DNA of 64,000 bases from a virus. Below are positions 47,766 through 57,285 of this stretch, piece by piece. Under the pieces are notes generated by a model. That model worked only from the letters and a program-made list of their open reading frames with translations. It was not told the origin of the DNA and did no database searches. How positions within the stretch are numbered: position 1 is the stretch's first letter; each line of letters starts with the position of its first letter. The stretch lies in the IMG/VR virus record IMGVR_UViG_3300050014_000073, positions 19,141 to 83,140 of that record, one strand, 5' to 3'. Both the position numbers and the translations under genes were made by a program.

Positions 47766-48242
47766 ATGGCTTATACCTACTCTGGCGACCCTACGACTTC
47801 AGCGAAAGACGAAATTCGTTTTCTCGTTCAGGACACAGGCCCGACGAAATGGTACCTCCAGGACGCCGAAATTAGCTACCAAATCTCATTGGTATCTGGA
47901 ACGCTGCAAAACGCTCCTGCTCAGGGGAACTTCTTGGCGGCTGCTTACTGTGCAGACGCAATCATGGCTCAGTTCTCGAGTCTCGCGGAAAGCAAGGCTG
48001 TCGGTGACTTGAACCTTAGCTATTCGAAGCGAGTTGAGAACTACCAAGCACTAGCTTACCGACTGAGGCAGCGAGCTGCAATTGCTGGAGTTCCGCTAAC
48101 GGTGACGGGTCAGTCTCTGGCAAAGAAGAAAATACTCCTCGGTGATCCGGATGCTACCAAAGCGGAGGTTGTCGTAGACGGAATGAATTACGCCGCCCCT
48201 GCGGACGCCTTACAGGGATCGGATGGAAGCGTAGGACCCTAA
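47766..48242 (+). CDS. head-tail adaptor
   Basis: YTYSGDP...KDEIRFLVQDT...LQDAEI...VGDLNLSYS. Confidence 0.8.
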   Translation: MAYTYSGDPTTSAKDEIRFLVQDTGPTKWYLQDAEISYQISLVSGTLQNAPAQGNFLAAAYCADAIMAQFSSLAESKAVGDLNLSYSKRVENYQALAYRLRQRAAIAGVPLTVTGQSLAKKKILLGDPDATKAEVVVDGMNYAAPADALQGSDGSVGP

Positions 48243-48245
48243 CTT

Positions 48246-48617
48246 ATGCCAGCTTCTTTCGCTTCTGAGTTTGCGGAACTTTGCCAGCAAGTTATCGTGT
48301 GGGAACCGATGACTTCCCGCGATGTTTACGGGAAGCCCATCTATGGCGCTCAGCAGACGTTCCAGGGACGGCGAACGTTTGAGATTAGCCGTATCCCGTT
48401 GAAGCACGGAGGGGCCGGTCCACGAGGTCAGGGCGTTGACGTTATCAGCGATAGTGTAATCTGGATGTTAGCCACTCCGAATATTCGTTATGATGATCTC
48501 GTGTTCGTGCAAGGAGATCAGCCTCCGATTCCTACTGTGTTGAGTGTAGAACGCTATCCTGACGAGACAGGACTGGACGTGTACTCGAAAATCTCCCTCG
48601 GAAGCGCCAATGGCTAG
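48246..48617 (+). CDS. head closure protein
   Basis: DVYGKPIY motif; synteny. Confidence 0.65.
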   Translation: MPASFASEFAELCQQVIVWEPMTSRDVYGKPIYGAQQTFQGRRTFEISRIPLKHGGAGPRGQGVDVISDSVIWMLATPNIRYDDLVFVQGDQPPIPTVLSVERYPDETGLDVYSKISLGSANG

Positions 48618-48888
48618 AGCGCCAAACTACCAGCGTTTCTCTAAGACAGTTCGCTACTACGGTCCTGTCTGGAGACGGCGTCGCCGTCGTGCAATTCGTA
48701 AACACAAGGAACCGGGTGAAGTCCTAGGTCTTCGAATCAAACTCGACTTCGAGACAACGTTCTCGGATAAGTTCAAGGACTCAGTCGAGTGGGCAATTGA
48801 AAACGGATTGCTTACAGAAGATGAAGCCGTAGTAGTCATGGCTGAGACAATCATTGGTGAGTTGGTAGTCGAAAAGGTGAAATCGTAG
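48610..48888 (+). CDS. hypothetical protein
   Basis: 92-aa ORF overlapping both neighbours. Confidence 0.45.
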   Translation: MARAPNYQRFSKTVRYYGPVWRRRRRRAIRKHKEPGEVLGLRIKLDFETTFSDKFKDSVEWAIENGLLTEDEAVVVMAETIIGELVVEKVKS

Positions 48889-49340
48889 TGCCTGCTGACT
48901 TCACGATCAACTTCGGTAAGCTAACGGACCGTCTGAAAGCTGCTATCCCAGCGATGCATGCTGAAGTTGCAAAGGAACTATACCAATTCGCTGAAGAGGT
49001 CATGAAGGACAGCAAAGAAGTCGTTCCCGTTCTGACCGGAGCGTTGATGAACACAGGCAAAGTCCAACCTCCCAAAGATGAAAATGGCATGATCTCAGTT
49101 ACGTTGGGATATGGTGACGAAGCAGTTGGATATGCGCTCTATGTCCATGAAGCTCTTGAAGGCGCTCGTGCTCCTAATCCTAACTGGAGCTGGGCCAAAG
49201 CTGCTGCGAAAGGCCACCCGATAAAGTGGACTCGACCCGGATCAGGTCCTAAGTTCTTGTCCCGTCCGCTTCAGGCCAAACAAGATCAGCTTCCTGGTCG
49301 TGTCCAAGCCGGGATAATGCGGGCACTGAAATCCGTATGA
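48888..49340 (+). CDS. HK97 gp10-like neck/tail completion protein
   Basis: VPVLTGALMNTG, YALYVHE, KFLSRPL. Confidence 0.8.
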   Translation: MPADFTINFGKLTDRLKAAIPAMHAEVAKELYQFAEEVMKDSKEVVPVLTGALMNTGKVQPPKDENGMISVTLGYGDEAVGYALYVHEALEGARAPNPNWSWAKAAAKGHPIKWTRPGSGPKFLSRPLQAKQDQLPGRVQAGIMRALKSV

Positions 49341-49741
49341 ACTTTCTTTTGGACGACATTTACGCTTACCTGAACGCGAACGGGATTCCTCCGACTGGTT
49401 GGGTCCTGTATGAGGGATTTTTTGCAGACGACCAGGACCAGGTGATTGCTATCTTTGACACAGGAGGGATGCCGTTCGATACGATGGCTCGAGAATATGA
49501 ACACGTTACGTTCCAAGTCCGCTGTCGTGCTTCTAAGCTCGATTACGTGACTTGTAGAACAATGTGGCAGACAGTCTTCAACCTACTTCAAGATGCGCAT
49601 CAGACTTCCGGATCGCCACTGCTATTGCCGGGATACGCACTGATACAATGTTTGCATGCTGGCCCGCTCACGTTTTTAGATGATAAAGGCCGACCGAATA
49701 GCACTATGAATTTCCGTGTCTACAAGACCCGAACGGTATAA
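49337..49741 (+). CDS. tail terminator / minor capsid protein
   Basis: DIYAYL..G...FDTGG...FQVRCRA...DDKGRP...NF. Confidence 0.75.
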   Translation: MNFLLDDIYAYLNANGIPPTGWVLYEGFFADDQDQVIAIFDTGGMPFDTMAREYEHVTFQVRCRASKLDYVTCRTMWQTVFNLLQDAHQTSGSPLLLPGYALIQCLHAGPLTFLDDKGRPNSTMNFRVYKTRTV

Positions 49742-49747
49742 TTAGGT

Positions 49748-50422
49748 ATGATCTATACAGTTCCCAAATCTTGGCAAGGTGAAACTTGCGTCATTCTTGC
49801 AGGCGGTCCTTCACTTCGAGACTTCTCGCGATTCCCATCTTGGATTACTGACAGTAAATGCCGAGTCATTGCAATCAATGACTCCTGGCGCCTCTGGCCC
49901 TACTCTGATGTCTGCTACTTCTGCGATCCGCAGTGGTGGCAGTATCAGTTAGCGAAGAACCTTCGGGACAAACCAACCGGGACGTTCAGCTTCCATGATG
50001 CGATCTACAAGGAGTTCTGGATCTCCACTGCTCCCGGTTTTGAGCATCATCCACAAGTTCACACTCTCAAGTTCAACGGACAGACAGGTCTCTCAACTGA
50101 CCCGACAGCTCTTCATCATGGATCGAACAGTGGATTTGCCTGCATCAACCTTGCCGCGCTTTTCGGAGCCAAGCGGATTGTCCTTCTCGGATATGACATG
50201 AAATGCGACAAGACAGGACGGACCCACTGGCACGATGAACCAAGACCCGATGGCTTCGCAAGGGTTCTCGAACAGTCAATGCTTCCTCTTTTCAGTACTC
50301 TCGTCACACCGTTGGAGGAAGCTGGAGTTGAAGTTATCAACGCAACTCCCGATTCGGCGCTTACCTGTTGGAAATACCAACCTCTCGAAGAGGCTCTGCA
50401 ACTCACTTCAATCAAGGAGTAA
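49748..50422 (+). CDS. Maf/MptE-like glycosyltransferase-like protein (paralog of 47078)
   Basis: VILAGGPSL, IAINDS, NSGFACINLA..GAKRIVLLGYDM, VINATPDSAL. Confidence 0.72.
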   Translation: MIYTVPKSWQGETCVILAGGPSLRDFSRFPSWITDSKCRVIAINDSWRLWPYSDVCYFCDPQWWQYQLAKNLRDKPTGTFSFHDAIYKEFWISTAPGFEHHPQVHTLKFNGQTGLSTDPTALHHGSNSGFACINLAALFGAKRIVLLGYDMKCDKTGRTHWHDEPRPDGFARVLEQSMLPLFSTLVTPLEEAGVEVINATPDSALTCWKYQPLEEALQLTSIKE

Positions 50423-50426
50423 TATC

Positions 50427-50672
50427 ATGGCGACTGAGACACAAATTGGCAACGGATTTCGACGGAACATGACTACGTTTGGTTCCAGGAATTTCGAGGA
50501 TTCAGGGACGGTTCAGTATGCATCAAACCGTCCAAACCTCTGGTTCATGGGGTCCTACTACAACAAAGGCGTAACGCTGACTTTCGATGTTGGAGGAACG
50601 TCGTACAGCAAGGCAGCGATCCACTATCTCCGGCTGTATTGGGACAATCGGTGGATTCTCCCGCTCACCTAA
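50427..50672 (+). CDS. hypothetical protein
   Basis: AAGGAG RBS before ATG 50427. Confidence 0.5.
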   Translation: MATETQIGNGFRRNMTTFGSRNFEDSGTVQYASNRPNLWFMGSYYNKGVTLTFDVGGTSYSKAAIHYLRLYWDNRWILPLT

Positions 50673-50678
50673 ACTACC

Positions 50679-51431
50679 ATGTCTGTCTGGCTTGTACTTC
50701 CTAGCAAACGTCCCATTGAGCAGTGCCGTCCAGTATTTGAAGCCTGGCGAAGCATGGGATACGAAGTTGCTATTCAGCGCGATGAAGGAGAATGGTGGTC
50801 TGGATCGGTCTGCAATAAGTTTGCGGCAGTAGTGTTTCAACGGGCTTACGCAGGCTACGCAGAAGCAGTGAATTATCTTTCCAAGCTAATCCTTCGAGAT
50901 AACCCTGATTGCGACTGGGTCGTTACTGCGGGTGACGATACGTATCCTGACCCGAAAAAGCAGGCAGATGAAATTGCAGAAGAATGTACGGAGTACTTTT
51001 CAGCGCATTCGCACCATTCTCATGGAGCAACTTTCGGGGTCATGCAGCCCACCGGTGATCCTTGGTGCGATAGCAAAGGCCGAATCATCGAACGTATTGC
51101 TGGAAGTCCATGGATGGGGCGTGAGTGGTGCCTTCGCGCAAACCAAGGACGTGGTCCTCAGTGGCCGGAGTATACTCACATGTTCGCCGACGAAGAACTC
51201 CAACTTGTAGCTCAAAAGTTAGGAGTCTTCTGGCAGCGTCCTGATCTCACTCACCGTCATGATCACTGGACGCGAGAGAACAACCGTTCAGTTTCTTCCA
51301 GTCAGGCGAAGAAGCCTATGCCGCAGTTCTTAGCGGAAGCTTACAGCCGTGAGCACTGGGACAAGTACAAAGCAATCTTCCTCGCTCGTCGCGCACAAGG
51401 TTTTCCTGGTTCCGATCCTCTTTCTGTGTAA
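50679..51431 (+). CDS. GT-A fold glycosyltransferase
   Basis: LPSKRP, AVNYL, VVTAGDDTYP, HMFADEEL, HRHDHW. Confidence 0.7.
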   Translation: MSVWLVLPSKRPIEQCRPVFEAWRSMGYEVAIQRDEGEWWSGSVCNKFAAVVFQRAYAGYAEAVNYLSKLILRDNPDCDWVVTAGDDTYPDPKKQADEIAEECTEYFSAHSHHSHGATFGVMQPTGDPWCDSKGRIIERIAGSPWMGREWCLRANQGRGPQWPEYTHMFADEELQLVAQKLGVFWQRPDLTHRHDHWTRENNRSVSSSQAKKPMPQFLAEAYSREHWDKYKAIFLARRAQGFPGSDPLSV

Positions 51432-51437
51432 AGTAAC

Positions 51438-52145
51438 ATGAAAGTCATCATCTGCACGCTAGCTCTTGGTGAGAACTATGTGCGCGGCGTCTGGCGTATG
51501 CGACAGACGTTTCGTAGTATCTCTCCGGGATATGAGTTGCAGACTTGGGTTGAGACTCTTCCTCTAGGTTCCCCAAATAATCAAGGAGAGTTCGCAGCAT
51601 ACTGCGCCAAGCCCTTCGTGTTAGGAGCAGCAAAGGATTCCGGAGCGGACATCGGAATCCTTCTCGACGCAGCTTTTGTTCCTATCCGGAGTATTCAGCC
51701 ACTTGTAGATTTCATTGCAGAGAGGGGATACTACTTCTGTGACAACGGGTTCAATGTTGGACAGTGGTCGACAGATCGCGCATTGGAGATGCTTAACTTT
51801 ACACGCAAGACGGCGTTTACGATCCCTGAGATTTCAAGCTACTGTGTAGGATTAGATTTCCGAGTTCCTCGTAGCGTGTTCCTTCTTCAAGACTGGAAAA
51901 CGACCTGGCCTGCAATTCCCGGTCCGCATACGAACGAGAACGCGGGTGACATGTCAATGAAGCAAAGAGAAGTTGGGTTCTGTTCGAGCGATCCACGTTG
52001 CTTAGGACATCGTCACGATCAGACTACGCTCTCGCTTCTTGCATATCGTGCAGGAATGCTAGAACGTACTCCCCGCCCGATCTTCACGGCTTATGCAGGG
52101 AGCGAAACTGAACAGACGGTTCTTGTAAACAGAGGGTGTAGTTAG
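51438..52145 (+). CDS. GT-A-like nucleotide-sugar transferase
   Basis: YCAKP, LLDAA, GHRHDQTTLS. Confidence 0.62.
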   Translation: MKVIICTLALGENYVRGVWRMRQTFRSISPGYELQTWVETLPLGSPNNQGEFAAYCAKPFVLGAAKDSGADIGILLDAAFVPIRSIQPLVDFIAERGYYFCDNGFNVGQWSTDRALEMLNFTRKTAFTIPEISSYCVGLDFRVPRSVFLLQDWKTTWPAIPGPHTNENAGDMSMKQREVGFCSSDPRCLGHRHDQTTLSLLAYRAGMLERTPRPIFTAYAGSETEQTVLVNRGCS

Positions 52146-52624
52146 TGGACGAGAACGAGCATCTTCTTTGGGGGTCGCATCTGCCACCCTTGGCTGCTTG
52201 CTTAGGGGCTACCTCCGGTCCCGTCTTGGAGATTGGGTCAGGGATATTCTCTACCCCAGTGCTTCATGCCTACTGTCGAGGTGCCGGTCGGGTATTTATT
52301 TCAGTGGAGGAGCATCCACAGTGGGTAGAGAAGATGCGGGACTTTGGTGTTCGGTTCTTGGAGTATGACAAACTAGGCGAGCTTCCCCGCCTTTCATGGT
52401 CCGTTGTCTTTATCGACCACTCCCCTGGCTTTCGCCGCGCTCAGGACGCCATATTGTTTCGGGACTCAGCGGAGTTCATTGTGATTCATGATTGGATCTC
52501 TTCTGAGGTTCAGCGTCCTTTCGATAACCAGCTTGACCAATGGAAATATCGGTATGTTTGGCCAGAGATAGCGCCAAGCCCCGGAACAATCATCTTGAGC
52601 AATACTCGCGAAATCCTTGTATGA
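52145..52624 (+). CDS. class I SAM-dependent methyltransferase-like protein
   Basis: VLEIGSGIFST, SVEE, VVFIDH, IVIHD. Confidence 0.7.
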   Translation: MDENEHLLWGSHLPPLAACLGATSGPVLEIGSGIFSTPVLHAYCRGAGRVFISVEEHPQWVEKMRDFGVRFLEYDKLGELPRLSWSVVFIDHSPGFRRAQDAILFRDSAEFIVIHDWISSEVQRPFDNQLDQWKYRYVWPEIAPSPGTIILSNTREILV

Positions 52625-53262
52625 GCCGAATATTTTTAGACTGGAATCTTGGTTTGGGGGATGCGATTCTCTGTAACGGCCTGGTCCGTGAGCTGGCCAA
52701 GAACCATGAGTTTATCGTTCTTCCCGTCAAGCATTCTTTGGAACTTAGCGTCAGACAATTGTTTTCCGATTTGAAGAACGTAGCTTATCTTCCGGTGGAC
52801 GGAGACAGTGTCAGGGAGGTCGAAGGACTGACGACTCTAAGAATCGGACTGCATGCTCATCCCCCACCACGGACAATATATTTCGACGAGGGTTTCTATA
52901 TGCTAGCCGGAGTTCCGTATGACTGCCGGTGGTCGAGTTTCCAGGTCCCCTCTCCTCCTGATCCTCTCTCTGACCGTCCACAGTGTTTAGTAGCGGAAGA
53001 ATGGAGTGGGGGTCACTGCTCCATTCCAGTAGAGGGATTGCGTCTCGATTCCAAACGGACTCCTGTTCTTACCAATTGGATTCCGGTAATTCAAGCTGCG
53101 GAGGAGATTCACTGTATTGACTCGGCTCCGATGCATCTGATAGAGTCCGTTCCCACAAAAGCACGGTTGTTCTTTTGGAATGAGCTGCGGAAAGGCTCTA
53201 ACTTCGCCCGTCGAAAAGCTTGGAGATACCGGGGGCTGATTGAAGGCTGGATGAATGCGTGA
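52621..53262 (+). CDS. GT-B (GT9-like) glycosyltransferase
   Basis: LGLGDAILCNGLVR and AEEIHCIDS motifs. Confidence 0.62.
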   Translation: MSRIFLDWNLGLGDAILCNGLVRELAKNHEFIVLPVKHSLELSVRQLFSDLKNVAYLPVDGDSVREVEGLTTLRIGLHAHPPPRTIYFDEGFYMLAGVPYDCRWSSFQVPSPPDPLSDRPQCLVAEEWSGGHCSIPVEGLRLDSKRTPVLTNWIPVIQAAEEIHCIDSAPMHLIESVPTKARLFFWNELRKGSNFARRKAWRYRGLIEGWMNA

Positions 53263-54134
53263 ACCTGATTGCTACCATGCCGTGTCGTAATGAAGAATGG
53301 TGTCTAGGACTGACTCTTCAGGCCATCCTTCAGTGGGTGGACACAGTAGTGGTTCTCGACCATGCGAGTACAGATCATTCCCGAGAGATCATCCAGGAAA
53401 TCCAGAACGAGAATCGGAACCGTGTCGTCTTCCTTACCGACGACGATCCTACCTGGCACGAAATGGCTCATCGACAGCGGATGCTAGAGGAAGCAAGGAA
53501 GCAGGGAGCGACTCACATTGCTCTCATCGACGCAGACGAAATCCTTACAAGCAACCTTGTAAGCAGCGCACATCGACGGATTACTTCTGTATGTGCGGAC
53601 ATCACAGTCGAGTTTCCTTGGCTCTGCTTGAGCAAGTCTACTGATCGAGTATACGCAGCTGGAACTTGGGGTGGGTCTTTTGTCTCAACAGCGTTCTGTG
53701 ATTTCCCACATCTCCACTGGTCAAGCACTGAACGAAACGGATATGACTTCCACCGGCGTCATCCTCTCGGAAGAGATACCGGGCCGTTGCGGTTCTTCGC
53801 AGACCGTTCAGCAGGCGTAATGCATCTTCAGTTTGTCAATGATCGAAGGCTCCGTGCTAAGCAGTATCTCTACCAATTAACCGAGCGCCTTCGCTGGCCG
53901 AATCGTGAACCAATTCCGGAGACTCGAAAGCGGTATACGTTCACTGTTGAGCAATCCGAGAGTATTCAGACAAAACAGGTTCCAGCAGACTGGTGGAACG
54001 GATACGAAAACCTGATGCAGTTCTTACAAGTGGATGCTGAACCTTGGCAGTTGTTGGAGTGCCATCGGCTGCTGAAAGAAAATCCAGGACTCGGAACGGG
54101 CTTGAATGATTTTGGAGTGATGGAGGATCTATGA
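53259..54134 (+). CDS. family 2 glycosyltransferase
   Basis: MPCRNEE, VVLDHASTD, IDADE. Confidence 0.85.
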   Translation: MNLIATMPCRNEEWCLGLTLQAILQWVDTVVVLDHASTDHSREIIQEIQNENRNRVVFLTDDDPTWHEMAHRQRMLEEARKQGATHIALIDADEILTSNLVSSAHRRITSVCADITVEFPWLCLSKSTDRVYAAGTWGGSFVSTAFCDFPHLHWSSTERNGYDFHRRHPLGRDTGPLRFFADRSAGVMHLQFVNDRRLRAKQYLYQLTERLRWPNREPIPETRKRYTFTVEQSESIQTKQVPADWWNGYENLMQFLQVDAEPWQLLECHRLLKENPGLGTGLNDFGVMEDL

Positions 54135-54325
54135 GTTCTATGTTAACGACGTTACTACTTGCTGACTCAGTGAAGAAAGGCGGACCAGGTTCCGGTCCAC
54201 ATCCTGGGAGTGGAGGCAAGAGTCGGGAAGAAGTAGTTCATAACGGATATCATACTCCAGTCAGTACCGTAGTGAACGGCGCAAAGCAGAATTACTCCAG
54301 CGTACCAATTGGTCCAATTAAGTAA
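54131..54325 (+). CDS. short protein with the same leader as 46655
   Basis: MSSMLTTLLLADSVKK|GGPGSGPHPG. Confidence 0.6.
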   Translation: MSSMLTTLLLADSVKKGGPGSGPHPGSGGKSREEVVHNGYHTPVSTVVNGAKQNYSSVPIGPIK

Positions 54326-54327
54326 CA

Positions 54328-55071
54328 ATGAAATTCTCCGTCACAGCTTTCATGTGTGTGTTCAACGAGGCAGACATTTTGCCTTGGACGATTCGTCATC
54401 TCATTGCTCAGGGAGTTGACGTTCACGTCATCGACAATTGGTCTAGCGATGCTAGTCCTGCGATTGCACAGAGTTTTCCGTTGATTGGATGGGAACGGTT
54501 TCCAGCGGACGGCCCTTCAAAGTATTTCTCCTTGCGAGCACTCTTGCATCGAGTTGAAGACTTAGCTGAAGTATCGAAAGCAAACTGGTGCGTTCATCAT
54601 GACGCGGACGAAATCCGTCGATCAAATGTTCCTGGTGAAAGACTTGTCGAAGCGTACCAGCGATCTGCCTACGAAGGCTACAACGCCGTCAACCACCGGA
54701 CCTATGTCTTCTATCCGACGGACGAAGGCTACCAAGGCAACCCCGAAAACTATTTCCGATACTACACCGACGACACGATGCGAAGGATCAATGCCTGGCA
54801 GAACTCCGGGCATACTGGACGAGTTGATCTAGCTTCCACCGGAGGACATGCTGTCAGATTCCCACGAATGCAAGTCCATCCGCAAAAACTCATCTTGAAG
54901 CACTACCCAATTCGCAACTCCGTTCAAGGGGAACGCAAGGTCATTCATGAACGACTGGAACGTTATGATCCAGTGGAATTGAAGATGGGCTGGCACGTTC
55001 AATACACGGATCAGCAGTGGATCCGAAATCCTGCTTCTCTGAGTCTCTATAGCGGGCCGGACGGCGGGTAG
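54328..55071 (+). CDS. family 2 glycosyltransferase
   Basis: VFNEADIL, IDNWSSD, HDADE, LKHYP. Confidence 0.85.
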   Translation: MKFSVTAFMCVFNEADILPWTIRHLIAQGVDVHVIDNWSSDASPAIAQSFPLIGWERFPADGPSKYFSLRALLHRVEDLAEVSKANWCVHHDADEIRRSNVPGERLVEAYQRSAYEGYNAVNHRTYVFYPTDEGYQGNPENYFRYYTDDTMRRINAWQNSGHTGRVDLASTGGHAVRFPRMQVHPQKLILKHYPIRNSVQGERKVIHERLERYDPVELKMGWHVQYTDQQWIRNPASLSLYSGPDGG

Positions 55072-55169
55072 GTATAAAACCCCCAGCTAATCCGTCCGAG
55101 ACTGTCCTAGCGACCCGTAGCACTCAGTTTTAGGTCTCCTACGCGCTAAAACGGACGTAAAAACCCAAA

Positions 55170-55895
55170 ATGAGCAATGGAGCCACCTTAATCACCGCTA
55201 CGGGAGGGCGACCGGAGGCTTTTCGGTTATGCCTCCGGTGGATGGAACGTCAGACCTGGAAGGATCCAATTCAGTGGATTGTAGTTGACGACTTTGAAGC
55301 TCCAAGTGAAGTTCCTCCGTTCCTGAAAGGCAATCCGGTTCTTTGTCTCCGACCGAAGCCCTTTTGGAAATTCGGACAGAACACTCTCGCACGGAATCTT
55401 CTCACGGCAATTCCTCATGTTGCACATGGAAGAGTTCTGTTCATCGAAGATGATGATTGGTATGCTCCCGACTATATTGCGTTCATGATGGGACGGTTGG
55501 AACATCAAGATGTTGTCGGAGAAACTCGCGCTCATTACTATCATCTTCCGACACGACGCGGTTCAATACTGAAAAACCTTTTCCATGCAAGTCTCTGCCA
55601 GACGGGAATCAAGTCAGAACTGCTTTCTACACTGAAACAAATCTGTGAGACCCCGGCTGGAAACTTCTTCGACGTGCGGCTTTGGTCGAACGCAATTGCT
55701 GATGAGGATGTAATCACGGATCTTGTCGAGAGTACTCGCTGCATCGGAATCAAGGGTCTTCCGGGACGGCCAGGAATTGGAGTTGGTCACCGTCCTGATC
55801 TAATGCGTGAGGGCTGGACGAAAGATGCTGATCTTTCCCTTCTACGAAGTTGGATTGGGGATGACGTGGAAGCATATCGTGAGTTTCTAAGATGA
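55170..55895 (+). CDS. family 2 glycosyltransferase
   Basis: ITATGGRP, WIVVDD, FIEDDDWYAPDYI. Confidence 0.82.
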   Translation: MSNGATLITATGGRPEAFRLCLRWMERQTWKDPIQWIVVDDFEAPSEVPPFLKGNPVLCLRPKPFWKFGQNTLARNLLTAIPHVAHGRVLFIEDDDWYAPDYIAFMMGRLEHQDVVGETRAHYYHLPTRRGSILKNLFHASLCQTGIKSELLSTLKQICETPAGNFFDVRLWSNAIADEDVITDLVESTRCIGIKGLPGRPGIGVGHRPDLMREGWTKDADLSLLRSWIGDDVEAYREFLR

Positions 55896-56158
55896 GCGAC
55901 TTGTTTGAACAGCGGCTTTGGAAGAACCAGACGCGGTACTCCTGCAACCAATTCTGGGAGTCAGGAACCAAGTGTGAGTTCGATACGCATAGCATGGAGC
56001 TGATGGAAGATCACATTCGGACTCCTCACACCTATTCCGGGAAGCCACTCAAGACTTCACGGCAGCGGGTCTCTCCTATTTTGGACTCTGACGGAAATCA
56101 GATCGTTCACACCGAACCGTCTCCTGAGTTCCAGGACTACCAGTTCAAGGAAGAATAA
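55892..56158 (+). CDS. small C2H2-like Zn-finger protein
   Basis: C.......C.F.......EDHIRTPH. Confidence 0.5.
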   Translation: MSDLFEQRLWKNQTRYSCNQFWESGTKCEFDTHSMELMEDHIRTPHTYSGKPLKTSRQRVSPILDSDGNQIVHTEPSPEFQDYQFKEE

Positions 56159-56160
56159 TT

Positions 56161-56832
56161 ATGGCCCACCGAACCAGTTCTGCCGCTCTCCATGCTTCTC
56201 GAGTAGTCCTTCAGCATTATGAATTTACTCCGAAACCGGAAGATAAGGTTCATGGATTCGTTCCTGGTCTCAAAGGAGATGAAACCCATGTTGCTGTTGT
56301 GATCGACTACGCAACCAACGTCTTCAAGGTTGCTGAGCTACGTCCTGAACTCCGTTATTGGCAGGAACGCCTTCACATGGGAACAGCAACGGCTCCTCAG
56401 ATTGCAGCGTTCTTCTCCAAGGTTGTCGAGACGTTCGAGTCAGTTCCAAAAGAGATTAGCGAAAACAAGGTGACGACGATAGTTGAGGGACCGAGAGAGT
56501 TCCCCGGCGCAACGCATGTTTTGGTAGTCTCGAAGCCGGCAAAGGAAGCCTCACGGTTTCTATACCACTACTACTTTGTGAAGCCTAAAAGAGTCACCGT
56601 TATTCCGGATGAAAACTTAGAACGGATTCGTATTGCCGCTCTAGTGGATGCAAGTATGGCTTGGATGAAAGTCTCACGGGCGCTCCCGGTCCTGAGAGAC
56701 TGCCAAGCTGAGTTGAAGAAAGGACAGGCCACTGCGAATGATGTAGTGGAATGCTTACGGAAAGTAGGAATCTTCCTAGCCTACTTGCCGTCGTATCGGG
56801 ATCAGGAAGAAGAGACGAAACTATTGGTTTGA
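56161..56832 (+). CDS. hypothetical protein
   Basis: 223-aa ORF preceding the tail tube gene. Confidence 0.55.
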   Translation: MAHRTSSAALHASRVVLQHYEFTPKPEDKVHGFVPGLKGDETHVAVVIDYATNVFKVAELRPELRYWQERLHMGTATAPQIAAFFSKVVETFESVPKEISENKVTTIVEGPREFPGATHVLVVSKPAKEASRFLYHYYFVKPKRVTVIPDENLERIRIAALVDASMAWMKVSRALPVLRDCQAELKKGQATANDVVECLRKVGIFLAYLPSYRDQEEETKLLV

Positions 56833-56851
56833 ACAACAAGGAGACAACGAA

Positions 56852-57277
56852 ATGGCCATTACCACCGCAAAAGGCACACTTTTGAAAATTTCGGATACTG
56901 CATCCCCGGCGTCCTACGCTTCTATGAGCCAGGTAAAGAGCATTTCTGGCCCCACTACGAAACCCAAAATCGTCGACGTGACTGCTCACAGCACGGCAGG
57001 ATTCTGGGCGGCGAAGCTTGCTGTCCTGATTGAAGCTGGTGATATCAGCTTCGACGTCAACTTCGATAAGTCCGATGCTACCATGAGTTTCACTACAGGC
57101 TTGTGGGCTCAAATGGTTGGACTGATCCTCACAGGAATCCAAATGGTATTCCCGAACGCTGCCGGAACACTTACGTTCCAAGGATACACGGGTTCGCATG
57201 AATTCAATGCTCCGGTCGATAACGTTCTGTCCGCGAAAATGCAAATCGCGATCACTGGGGCGATTACTGCTGCGTAA
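56852..57277 (+). CDS. tail tube (major tail) protein
   Basis: GTLLKI...VKSISGP...VDVT.H...DISF...FQGY...ITG; lambda gpV-like pattern. Confidence 0.85.
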   Translation: MAITTAKGTLLKISDTASPASYASMSQVKSISGPTTKPKIVDVTAHSTAGFWAAKLAVLIEAGDISFDVNFDKSDATMSFTTGLWAQMVGLILTGIQMVFPNAAGTLTFQGYTGSHEFNAPVDNVLSAKMQIAITGAITAA

Positions 57278-57285
57278 GGAGCCTA

